Assembly (NCBI GenBank): GCA_010093605.1
Contig: MU004191.1
Span: 1,162,816 to 1,226,815 of the forward strand
DNA from: Lophium mytilinum
Taxonomy: Eukaryota
Direction of reading: 5' to 3'
DNA length: 64,000 nt
A program made the translations under genes and the position numbers. The notes below the pieces were generated by a model, which saw only the letters and a list, made by a program, of their open reading frames with translations, had not been told where the DNA came from and did not search any database. Of this stretch, positions 40,134 through 50,210 are shown one piece after another. Each line of letters opens with the position of its first letter. Within the stretch, counting starts at the first letter, position 1.

Positions 40134-40529
40134 CCCTAGCATGAACGCGAGCAATCCTGAAGAACCGCGCGAAGCAGCATCGGGAAATAGCATCCTGTCT
40201 CCAGAGCTACCACTCTGCTTTATCTACTCTATAATCACTCGCAAGACTACAGCCGTGACTACAACCATGGATGTCTGGCTTCCGCTGCCTACGGTCCGAC
40301 TGTAGACGTGGGGCCAGCACCTTTATTAAAGACAGTCGCCGCCCGGAGATGGAGTGAGCATGGAAAATGAGCAGTGCTTCAATTGATCCATGGAGCACCA
40401 AACCCCTAGTCAGGGCTAAATTAAAATGTAGGATTTCCATTCGTACCCCAGAAGGATTGGCATAAGCTCACCTCCCAGCTAGTTTCACCAAGAGCCGCAA
40501 CACCTCTCCTCGTGAACACTTCGCCGTAA

Positions 40530-41370
40530 CCATCCACCAACACAGTCGCCGAAGCAGAATACCAATGGATGCTCGTGCCTAGCGTATTATGGCATAGTAG
40601 TCGCATATACATCCCACACCCAGACCCCAACAGCGATAAGGCCTTTGAGTCATTCAGCAAGGACAGGCACGCGGGGCATGAAAAAGTTAGCACACTCAAC
40701 CGCATTCTGCGTCTTATACACTTGTCTGCCGCTGTTTGCGGTGCTTCAATACATTTATGGCAATGCAAAAGAGGTAGAACCTCTTAGCCTTGGGCTATCT
40801 GGAAGCTTGTTGAATCACTCCAAGCCGTGGCAGACAGGTTTACACACGGCCGCAAAAGACAGATCTTGATGAGTGTGCCACTTTTCCCATGCCGGCGTGC
40901 CAGGTCACGATCGCTGGCGCTATCAGGAGCGTGATGACCTACAAGCCCGACTACATGGTGCTGGGTATGTTGTCCAAGGCATTTTGGAGAGGCAAAGTTG
41001 GAGACACTTCATTTGAAGCATAGATGAGAGGACTGTGAGGTTTGGATGTGACCACGGGTGCAATGCGGCCTTGACGCAAAACGGTCATTACGTCTTACCA
41101 ACCCGTCGGTGACGACGAAGTCCGCAATCATTTCACCGAACGGGCTACGTCGTAAATCGCTCTATCGCGGAGACTGCATCGGAGCAGATCACGCCCTCGA
41201 CGTCGATGTACTCGTCCAAGCTATCACCAACCTACCCGCAGCCCAGCTCAGAAAGCCCATGGTTCCAAAGATTATTCCATGGATTACCGAAACAGTATAG
41301 CACACCTACCGCACCCACGGTCCCCTAGATCAAATAAAAGGCGCTTCCGTGGAGTATCTTGCACAGAGTC
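40530..41370 (+). pseudogene. Disrupted Asp/Glu/hydantoin racemase-superfamily gene (maleate isomerase / arylmalonate decarboxylase fold)
   Basis: PSTNTVAEAEYQWMLVPSVLWHSSRIYIPHPDPNSDKAFESF, then the MITE, then QVTIAGAIRSVMTYKPDYMVLGMLSKAFWRG..FEA*..GLDVTTGA..ITSYQPVGDDEVRNHF..DVDVLVQAITNL..RKPMV..HTYRTHG.LDQIKG. The fragments are collinear with the family pattern. Stops and deletions are present. Confidence 0.8.
40667..40900. mobile_element. 234-bp MITE-like element with long imperfect TIRs and a 3-bp CAG target-site duplication
   Basis: Left end CAG|gcacgcggggcatgaaaaagttagcacactca; right end tgagtgtgccacttttcccatgccggcgtgc|CAG. A second inverted pair lies inside (tgtctgcc...ttcaa / ttgaa...ggcagaca). 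The element interrupts the pseudogene reading. Confidence 0.8.
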
Positions 41371-41548
41371 CAGTTTATCTCACAGAACTCTGGTGAATGG
41401 CCTTACTTTTGACCAAATCTGGCAACCAAGCAACATCCCACGTTCCGTTTGCAACACTTCGCAACCATCTTTCTGCACGCAAGTAATATTTTACCTCATT
41501 ATCTGCGTGCGATCGGCACACAGCCAAAAGCCGATCATTCAACGGGTA

Positions 41549-42200
41549 ATGGCTCCCATCAACCCTAGTCGATACCTTGAGCCAAACCCTATCAGTTCGA
41601 ACGCGGCCAACTTCCTAATCCAGCAAGTTGCTCACTTTGGTCTCCCGAGCTCACACCAGACCAGGATCGAGTCATGTCTGCAGCTTGGAAACCTTGCAAC
41701 GCCTGGAACAAACCTGGCCAGAGCTTCCATGGGTTTGCTTACATACGATTGGTTCTTTCGAGATCCGTGGTCCCATCGGCAAGACCTGTAGCTTAGGATC
41801 TATGGAAAAGGTAAGAGAGTGCCCCAGAAGTGCGTCTAGTCGTGCTAATATTCATCATTAGGACAGAGCATCGAACTTCCACAAAAATCAAATATAGTGC
41901 CAGTGTACCACCCATTACTCCATTAGGTAAAATACCAGTGTAAGGCGAATCTACACGTGAACGCATGCCGACTCGGCTTGTCGGCAAGTTCCGCTATACT
42001 TCGAGCGGCCCGCTATCGAAATCGCTTTTTATTGCCTCCATAAAGCAAATCTCGCGACCAGCCTATGTTCTAGATTCCTGGGGTCCGTACTTCGGAGGGA
42101 GCAGAATCAGACTACATGGACGTCGCAACTCAGGCGCAAATGGCGGCATGAACCTGAAAGCACATCTTTGAACAAACACTTCAATTTTTGAAGGCTTGTG
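41549..42200 (+). pseudogene. Possible heavily degraded alpha/beta-hydrolase remnant
   Basis: An orphan intron-like segment (gtaaga...gctaat...attag, 41811-41861) and weak fragments (QSFH / LLTYDW; GAESDYM; FEQTLQFL). No catalytic motif could be recovered. Confidence 0.25.
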
Positions 42201-43419
42201 CCGTACAAGCGACCTTCATTTTCATCGCTAGGCAATCGACAGCGTCGCGACCAAAGAACGACTAAGTTACTGTACCTACGTTAACACTGCTCTGCGTTGC
42301 CCTCGCATTGTCCCCTGTGCTCTTAGTGGCCGGCACCCGAACCGAGTCTGAACTACTAAAATACTGACTGGGATGCAAAAGTGGACCATGATGTATGCGA
42401 CTTCGCGAACGGCGAACCGAAGCTGAGATCAGGGCTTTGAAACAAGGCTACTCGCTCGCTTTGAGCGGGTTGCATACATAGTTTCCAGATCATGATCGAT
42501 TGTATCGCGGCAAGCTCCTGCGTGTTTGTAACGATCCCCGATGCCAAGGATCCAAAAGGGCGAAGGAATTGGTTTAAAGCTAGCCCCGAAAACCATGACA
42601 ACCCTCGAACATTTGGTCCTTGGAGCTACGGCTGTTGCGGGAGAGTGAAAATTAAACAGCAGATATTGGCGATTCTACTCGTATGATCATGGCTGATTGT
42701 GACTTTGACTGTCTCACAACACCAATACTTCGCATCACCATTTTATGTGACCCATATAGCTAATTCCATATGGGAGTTGATAGGGATACCTAGAGGATCG
42801 AGTTGGAAGCTTGAAAACGTTGAAATCCGAACAGTATATAAATACTCTCTTTGACCAGCGACCCAAGCCAAAGATGTAGTCTGCGAGATAATACCAACAG
42901 ATTTATTGGGATGTTGCGTCAATGAGAAGCTGTACCGTCTTTCGCAAGACAGGCTCGCAGAAAAGCTCGCAAGGGGTATTGGCCGGGTAATTTACTCTGG
43001 GGGAAATCATGTCAACACTTAAATGCCTAAAACTCAGCAGGGTCTAGGGTGTTACAAACCCCAGCACGCCATGCAATTCGCCCTGTCGTTTTGTCAGCCT
43101 GAGTGGTCTACATCTCTACCGGGAATAGTGGCTGTATCGATCGTCCTCCAGCGCTCCTAGTCAGACCCGGTAGCCCTGCAGACGGGACAAGGTTAAAGAT
43201 CCGAATCCCCACGCACCCCAACCGACGGCGTGCAACCTCCTCCGAACGCCTCCCACGAACTTGAGACGACTTGCTTCTCCGCTTCTCCATGCTCGTGTTG
43301 CCCCGCATTGAGGGCGACTTTCTGACCTACCTTCAACTGTTGTATCAGGAAGAGCGTCTTCTGGAACGCGGTGCCAGCGTGCCCAAGAAACTTCCGCCGT
43401 AGACACAATCATAGTCACG

Positions 43420-45696
43420 ATGAATACAAGTAATCGAAGAGTGCCGTTGGACCAGCGCAAAAGGACAGAGACCAGTTGTGACAAATGCAAATCCCGAAAG
43501 CAAAAATGCGACCGTTTGCCAGGCCAGGATGAATGCCGGTACTGCCAACGACAAGGCATTGTCTGCGCGACAACCCAGGTTCGGAAGAAGCGCATCTACG
43601 GCAGCGTGGAAGGATTAGGCACACGGCTCTCCTTGCTGGAATCTCTGGTCAAAGGACTGCTCCCAGAAGCAGACCTCTCCAGCGTGGATGAAATGCGGGC
43701 ATTGGGCCGTTCTCTTGGTATACCCCTTCCGGCATCAGAAGAAAGCGGACTGGACACTACGAAGAACAGCAATAAGCAAGATGAAGAAATCACACTGCCA
43801 GATCAACAGGGCCAGGATCAGTACATCGGTCCAGCGAGCTCCTTCTACTTCCATCTTAATCTAAGAGGCTTGTTTGGGCCCGAGGCTACGAAAGGCTTAT
43901 CACGCTTTATTATGTTTGGTCGGAATGCTGCAGACACGAAGTACGAAGCTTACGCTGTAGAAAGAAGAAATACGCTGGAATACGGCCAGGACTCGAGTCC
44001 GGAAAGTTTCGTGTCTCCTGGGCGGCCCCCAAGTCACACATACAACTCTCCCTCTGATGGGCTCCCGGATATCGACCAACACGCATTAGATTCCCTCGTA
44101 GTAGCCTTCTTCGATCATATTCACGCCGACTTTCCAGTTCTCCACGAGGCCTCGTTTCGAGAAGAGTACGAAACCTGGTCACTGAACCCTTCAGGGGTAG
44201 ATCGGGCATGGTTGTGCAGCCTCCTTTGCGTGTTAATTCTGGCTCGGCGAGTCGCACCGCACATCCACATTTCTGAAGAGCAAGAGGAAAAATGGTGGTG
44301 TCGTGTGCAAGCACTCCTACCTTCGGTCGTTTTCATGACGAGCATGCCTGCGGTGCAAGCACTCATGCTTTCAGCACTCCATCTCCACAATAATTACCAC
44401 CGAGATGCATGTTGGACGCTTACCGGCGCGGCAGTTCGTATAGCCTTTGCCATCGGGCTTCATAGGGATGGAGTCAAAGCCAAACAAACGCCCGTCAACC
44501 GCGAACTCCGAAAACGGTTATGGTGGTCGCTATACGGCTTCGAGCAGATCCAGGTCTCGTCTCATGATCGCCCCAGCGCCATCGAAAATTCCGCCTGCTC
44601 AGTCGGTTGTCCTCGGGCCTCAATCCTAGGAATGGGAGAGCACTCGCCACCTGAGCATGGCATGTGGTCGAACCGACTGGTCGTAATACTCGGACAAGCC
44701 TGTCGAATATCAAAAACGTGCACCTCCACGACCTCAGACGACACCTACCTTGGCCCGCTCTCTCCCGCTGCAGGAATTCTGCGCGACCTTACGCGGTGGA
44801 AACAATCCCTTCCCGCCCATCTAACCCTCGAGAGCATCGACTCCTCGCCTCCATCCTTCCAACGCCCCCTCCTCCTCCTACACAGCCAATACCACTACAC
44901 CGTTTCCCTTATCTCGCGCTCTGCCCTCTTCTCCCGCGCAACCATCCTGAACGAGAATAGTACGGAACTCCTCCAATCCTCCCTCCTTTCTTTATCAGAC
45001 ACCTGTATCGAGTCCGGCCGCACCCTCGCCCAACTACAGAAGAAGCTCGACGCCCTCGGCAAGTTCAACGCCGTCACCTGGTGGGATATCTACTACAACT
45101 TCAGCGGCGCCCTGATCCTCGTCCTCGACATCATCTGCACGGTCATGCAGAGCGGCGCCGCTGCTGCGAGCGAGAGCCGCGAATTACTGCGGCAAGCGGC
45201 AGATCTAGCGCTCCAGCACTCCCAGAACCCGCTCATGCCCGGCACAATCCACAAGTGGGCCACTGTGGTTGTCGAGATAGGGTACATGACCGAGGATTTT
45301 GTGAACAACTCACAGGCGAGGGGCAAGATAAGCGTGAGCAGTGCCGTCAGCGGCCATGTGCACACCAGTGGGAGCTCCGAGGACATAGTTTCGAAGTCCG
45401 AGTATCCACCCGCGCAGTACGTGCTACCCTCGACGGGCAGTGTCGAGCATCACCGGCACCAGCAACAGCCGCAGATAGAAACCGGCGGTGAGGGGGTGCA
45501 CCCCATGATGCCCGAGGCTGCGGCGATGGGCGCGATGCCAGAGCCGTATGCGGCACATGCGTCATCTTCGAGGGGTGGGCATCCAAGGTGGGCGCAGCTA
45601 TCGTTTTTAGCGCCAGAAAATGCGCATATGTGGCAGGATGTGCATTGGGATGACATTGGGAATATGTTGTTGGGTGGGGATCAAAGGGGTGGGTGA
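43420..45696 (+). CDS. Zn(II)2Cys6 transcription factor with a fungal-specific TF domain; intronless, 758 aa
   Basis: SCDKCKSRKQKCDRLPGQDECRYCQRQGIVC, FFDHIHADFPVLHEASF and AVRIAFAIGLHRD...ELRKRLWWSLY. Confidence 0.95.
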   Translation: MNTSNRRVPLDQRKRTETSCDKCKSRKQKCDRLPGQDECRYCQRQGIVCATTQVRKKRIYGSVEGLGTRLSLLESLVKGLLPEADLSSVDEMRALGRSLGIPLPASEESGLDTTKNSNKQDEEITLPDQQGQDQYIGPASSFYFHLNLRGLFGPEATKGLSRFIMFGRNAADTKYEAYAVERRNTLEYGQDSSPESFVSPGRPPSHTYNSPSDGLPDIDQHALDSLVVAFFDHIHADFPVLHEASFREEYETWSLNPSGVDRAWLCSLLCVLILARRVAPHIHISEEQEEKWWCRVQALLPSVVFMTSMPAVQALMLSALHLHNNYHRDACWTLTGAAVRIAFAIGLHRDGVKAKQTPVNRELRKRLWWSLYGFEQIQVSSHDRPSAIENSACSVGCPRASILGMGEHSPPEHGMWSNRLVVILGQACRISKTCTSTTSDDTYLGPLSPAAGILRDLTRWKQSLPAHLTLESIDSSPPSFQRPLLLLHSQYHYTVSLISRSALFSRATILNENSTELLQSSLLSLSDTCIESGRTLAQLQKKLDALGKFNAVTWWDIYYNFSGALILVLDIICTVMQSGAAAASESRELLRQAADLALQHSQNPLMPGTIHKWATVVVEIGYMTEDFVNNSQARGKISVSSAVSGHVHTSGSSEDIVSKSEYPPAQYVLPSTGSVEHHRHQQQPQIETGGEGVHPMMPEAAAMGAMPEPYAAHASSSRGGHPRWAQLSFLAPENAHMWQDVHWDDIGNMLLGGDQRGG

Positions 45697-45917
45697 AGAG
45701 GTGAAGTGACATCTGTTTCGTTGTTTATGGGCAAAGGACTTTGGGCTTGGATGATTGAACGAATTTTGTTGCCTCTGCTATTCATAAAATGCCAGCTCTG
45801 GCAAGCTTGAAAGCTCTTCGGGCCACCTCAGACAGTTGCTGAACTGCTTGAATGTGCGACTTGTTTCCTGCCTAGCGTGACAGGTAAAATCATGCTTCCA
45901 GTAGAATCGTCAGACAT

Positions 45918-47192
45918 CTACCTAAACACCTCGTTGGTTGTTTCTCGAACTTTTGATACTCCGGTATTTCCATACGCCTTAGACCCCATCTCAAACAGCC
46001 GTGACACCGCCCTCCCAACCGCAAATCTCGCATCTGTCTCTCCGGCTCCGCCAGTAGCCAACGAAGCACTTTTCAATCCCGTCGCGCTCCACTCCACATC
46101 CCCAATGAACGTTGACATCATGCTAGAGCTACTCCCGCCCTCCCCTCTCACAGTCATCTCCTCCATCGTCTTCTGCAGCTCGATAGCCGCTTCTTCAGGC
46201 GGGACGATACTCGCAAAGACTTCAAAGAGCGGGACCTCAGAACGACAGACAATACGCGTTTTAGATTCATATGCCAAGTCAATCAGCGTGATGAACCGGC
46301 GCACAAAGTCGAGTTCCTCGTCGCTGAATCGGCGCAGGCCCGAAATGTAGATTGTGCTGGCTGTTTTGCAGAGGGCGTGGTAGTCTGCGGCGCCGACGTT
46401 AGATTCGCAGAGGGAAGCGAACGAGCCGTGGACGGTGATGCTGTCACCAGTCTTGGTGCCCTTCACGTTCAAGGTGCGGCCCATCATCACTGGAATCATG
46501 ATAGTCTCCAGCAATGCACCGTCCGTGGCGAGTGAGAGCGATTCTAGAAACTCCTCCTCGTTTGCGAAGAATACCCGCTGCCTTTCATGTTCATTCGAAG
46601 CTGTAGACATGCGGTAATCCTGATCGCCCTCCAATCTCCAAACGTCGCACCTCCGCTGAAGCTCCTCGACGAAAGGCAGAAACAAGAACCGATTGCGCCC
46701 TTTCTCGTAAAGATTCATCGGGTGTCTATTGCTCGTTGACACCATAGCACCACCACTCTGCCAAAACGCCCCGAACAGTCTCTTCAGAATTAACGCAGTG
46801 GCGATATCCGTGACTTGAAACTCATCAAAACACAAAACTCGGCTTTCATTCCTGACGTCTTGCCCAATCTGCACGACTGGATCGCCCCGGTAGGTGGTCT
46901 GGCTGTTTGCGCGGTGCAGCCGAGAGTGGATATCCATCATGAATTCGTAGAAGTGGATGCGGCGCGTAGTGACTCCAGGGGGCATTGTTTCTGCAAAGAG
47001 GTCAGCGACGCGGGATTTGCCCGTGCCGACGCTGCCGTAAATGTAGACACCATTTTGAGGTGTAGAGGATTCTGTGAGGCTTGTTTGGAGGGTCCCGAGG
47101 CGCTTCACGAGAGCTGCTTGACCAGGGTTCTGAGCTAGACTACCACTAGAGATGAGAGATTTGTAGGCGGCATGGATAGGGGCCTTGGACAT
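45918..47192 (-). CDS. AFG1/ZapE-family ATPase; intronless
   Basis: Walker A GVYIYGSVGTGKS, RIHFYEFMMDIH, Walker B LCFDEFQVTDIA, TSNRHPMNLY, DYR, GAADY and RRFITLIDLAYE. Confidence 0.92.
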   Translation of the reverse strand: MSKAPIHAAYKSLISSGSLAQNPGQAALVKRLGTLQTSLTESSTPQNGVYIYGSVGTGKSRVADLFAETMPPGVTTRRIHFYEFMMDIHSRLHRANSQTTYRGDPVVQIGQDVRNESRVLCFDEFQVTDIATALILKRLFGAFWQSGGAMVSTSNRHPMNLYEKGRNRFLFLPFVEELQRRCDVWRLEGDQDYRMSTASNEHERQRVFFANEEEFLESLSLATDGALLETIMIPVMMGRTLNVKGTKTGDSITVHGSFASLCESNVGAADYHALCKTASTIYISGLRRFSDEELDFVRRFITLIDLAYESKTRIVCRSEVPLFEVFASIVPPEEAAIELQKTMEEMTVRGEGGSSSSMMSTFIGDVEWSATGLKSASLATGGAGETDARFAVGRAVSRLFEMGSKAYGNTGVSKVRETTNEVFR

Positions 47193-47899
47193 GCTGATGC
47201 TCGTCGAGAGCTGAGGTTGTTGGTGGATCCCGAGGTCTTGAAAGTCGGAGGTTGGTTGACGGTACCTAGTGTCATAGCGTCACCACTTTGACACTAAGCT
47301 TGATGTAAATCTAGTCTACGTTTTGTGGCACTCTTGAAGTACGTATTTTCTAGGTTGAACAGGGGATTATGTGAAAGGAAACATGATAATCAAGGTATAT
47401 ATGCTTGGAACCGTACAGACTCTTGAATTACTCCGGAAGTGACTTGTCAGAGACTTCCATACATACCGCTACCCGGGGACCAATCATAGCGCTTCAAATT
47501 CCGAATTCTTCTACATTCTTTGTGGTGTATTTCGCCCGCGAAGGCCCAAATTCCCGTTGAATCAGATTGTTTCTTTGGGTATGCGTGCTTCGAGAGACCC
47601 GGATAGAAAGCTTGCAGCCCCGACCGAGTGTGGTTTTTTTTCTGCTCGAAAGCGTGCATCTTCGAGTGTGCCCTCGAAATAATTCGCATGTCATGGTTAG
47701 TTGGGCTTCACGATGAAACAAGTAGACTCTTAAGAAATGGTAAAGAAGCTATTAGTATAGTTCCAAGGTAATGAGCTCTATTCGCTTCTATTCACTGCTC
47801 TAACTTCACTGGTGGAGCCGTACAAGACTCTATCCCTAGCAACTCCATACCCATGCATCGCCCTTCTAATATGCAGGCACTAAAAGCCACTTCTCTTAT

Positions 47900-49880
47900 C
47901 TAATAGCCCAACGACTTGTCAAACCTCCGATAGACCAGCTTTCCAGCTACCCATGTCTCTCGGACCTTGACTGACCTCAACTCATCGATATCCATTTCCT
48001 CTAATGGCTCGTCGAGCACAATCCAGTCCGCAAACCCGCCAACCTCAATTGCACCAGCCTTGCCTTCCAGGAAGGCCGCATGAGCTGGACCGAGCGTGAA
48101 CCCCTTGAGCGCTTCTTCTAGCGTCAGCGTTTCATCCGCATACCAGCCCTTCTCGTCCCCGTCAGCACCCAAACCAGTGTGAGGGCTCCGTCTTGTGACG
48201 GCAGCAAATAACCCCTGGAAGATATTAGCCGGCTCGACGGGGAAATCGCTGCCTAAGACAGGATTGAGCGGGAGAAGAGAGCGCATGCGGTACGCCTCTT
48301 CTTTCGTCCGCTGCGGACCCAATCGCGTTTCAGCGTACGCCATATCAGACGTTGCGTGCGTAGGTTGAATTGACGGAATGATACCCATCTCGAGCATACG
48401 CTTCTGGTCATCTGGGTGGATGATCTGAGCGTGCTCGATGCGGAAACGGTGGAGGGCTTGGCAATCGTGGTGAGGGGTGTCTGGACATAGGGCGTCGAAG
48501 GCTGCGGTCATAGCGTCAATGGCGAGACGATTGGCGAGGTCACCGATGGCGTGGATATTCACTTGGTAGCCAGCGGATGCCCAGGCTGTGGTGAGATTGG
48601 TGAGAGTTGAGGCGTTGACGAGGAGAGAGCCGGAGGAGTTGGTATGGTCGGTGTAGGGCGTGATCATGGCACTACCCCAGCTTCCTAGTGCTCCGTCTTT
48701 CATGTGTTAGTGTGTTTCGGTTTAGAGAAGGTGAAGTGCTTGCATACCGGCGAATAGCTTAACGCTTCGAACGTCGAGTAAGCCGTCATCCCGTGTCACC
48801 TTGAAAGCGTCGTCGAAGCAAACAGTATTTCTCTTTTCGCACTCAAGCATGGCATACACTCTGAGGCTCCAGTCCTTATCCTCCACTAATTCCTCGTACA
48901 ACTGAATATCTGCCGGAGGTACTCCGGCGTCATGGATTCCGACTATTCCCAGGCTGTGCAAGTCTTTCATGGCATTCTTAATGAATCTGGTTTTCTGACT
49001 CTTGCTGGGCCTCGGGAAGTACTTCAGTACGAGGTCCATTGCGTTGTCGCAGAAGACTCCCGGCCCCGGTGCTGTGATTACTTCCCCTCCGGGTGTTTCT
49101 GGCAATGGGTCGGGGAGGAGATTCAGCACAGCTTGAGAAACCCAAATGCAATGCACGTCTACTCGGTCAAGCATGATATACTTCCCCTTTATGCTGTCGT
49201 CATCTTCGAGTTCCAACTTCTTGGTGTTAGTCTTCTTGCAGTGAATTGGAATCGAGATTTTGACTGAATCGAAAGACATTGTGGAACTAGCTGGCCAATG
49301 GTACGAACTTTAAGAAGAACTTGGCAAGTGAGACCGCACGATGAGATAACTCTGAAAATATGACAATTGAACCTGAACCTGCTTGATTTATACTCACACT
49401 CGTTGGCATCTTACCCCCAAATGCCGCTTGATCCCATCCAATGCCTCTCAGCCACTCTGTGCTCGTACCAACTTGCGGATTCTTATCCAAATAGAGCGAA
49501 ATCTTTCCCAAAACGTCATCCATAGACTCGGACCCAAAAAGATTCACAGATTCCAGCATCTCTCCGTACTGAAGCAGATGTCCATGGCCATCCCAAAGAC
49601 CAGGGTAGGCATACCCATGGCGGGTTCCTGCCTTGTAGATGGGATACGAAGTCAAGTCATCGAAGACAGCCGTAAGTATCCCCTCGGGATTGTAAGTCAT
49701 GCATTCCGCCGTGGCATTGTTCAAGGCGGATAGGGTGGTAACGGACACGTAGCAGCGGGTCTCGGAATAGAACCAAAGCAGCTTGGCAGAAAACCAGCCT
49801 GGCAGCACTGATAGGGCAACGGCAATGGCTATGACGGCGGTCGAGGAGGCTATAAGGGTCTGAGTAGAGAGAATAGCCAT
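47900..49880 (-). CDS. Amidohydrolase-3 (YtcJ-like) with an N-terminal membrane anchor; 3 exons
   Basis: PGLWDGHGH, GIGWDQ, RVDVH, VKLFA/DGALGSWG, IHAIGDLAN, RIEHAQII, SIQPTHATSD and LGSDFPVE. Confidence 0.92.
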
Positions 49881-50210
49881 GTTGTTGCACGAATCCGGGG
49901 GTTTGGTCCCGATATCGAGATGGTTGCGTCTGCGAGGATTTTTTTGGATGACAACGGTGGCCGTCCGTAAGGGGAAGGTACTAGTGTGGATCACCAAAGC
50001 TCGCTAATGCCGCGTCGCGTAAACTTCTCGGTCCATCCTCATGTAACGATATAAAGTTATGCAGTGCCTCTTCTTTTCGACCTTACCATTCTCTCTACAA
50101 CCAATGCAGGAAACTCTATTCATCACATTGTGCACTCACAATGCTTTATCGCCCTCCTTATCTACCAGGGCGGCCCACGCATTGTATTGCACAAGCTCAC
50201 TGCCTACATC

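Noticed and set aside
42590..42640. FGPWSYGCCGR resembling a P450 heme motif
   Set aside because: The match is imperfect and no EXXR or PERF motifs are found at suitable spacing.
35560..43130. CCGGG-containing sites upstream of the monooxygenase and the TF as shared Zn2Cys6 binding sites
   Set aside because: Too short, with inconsistent spacing, to tell apart from background.
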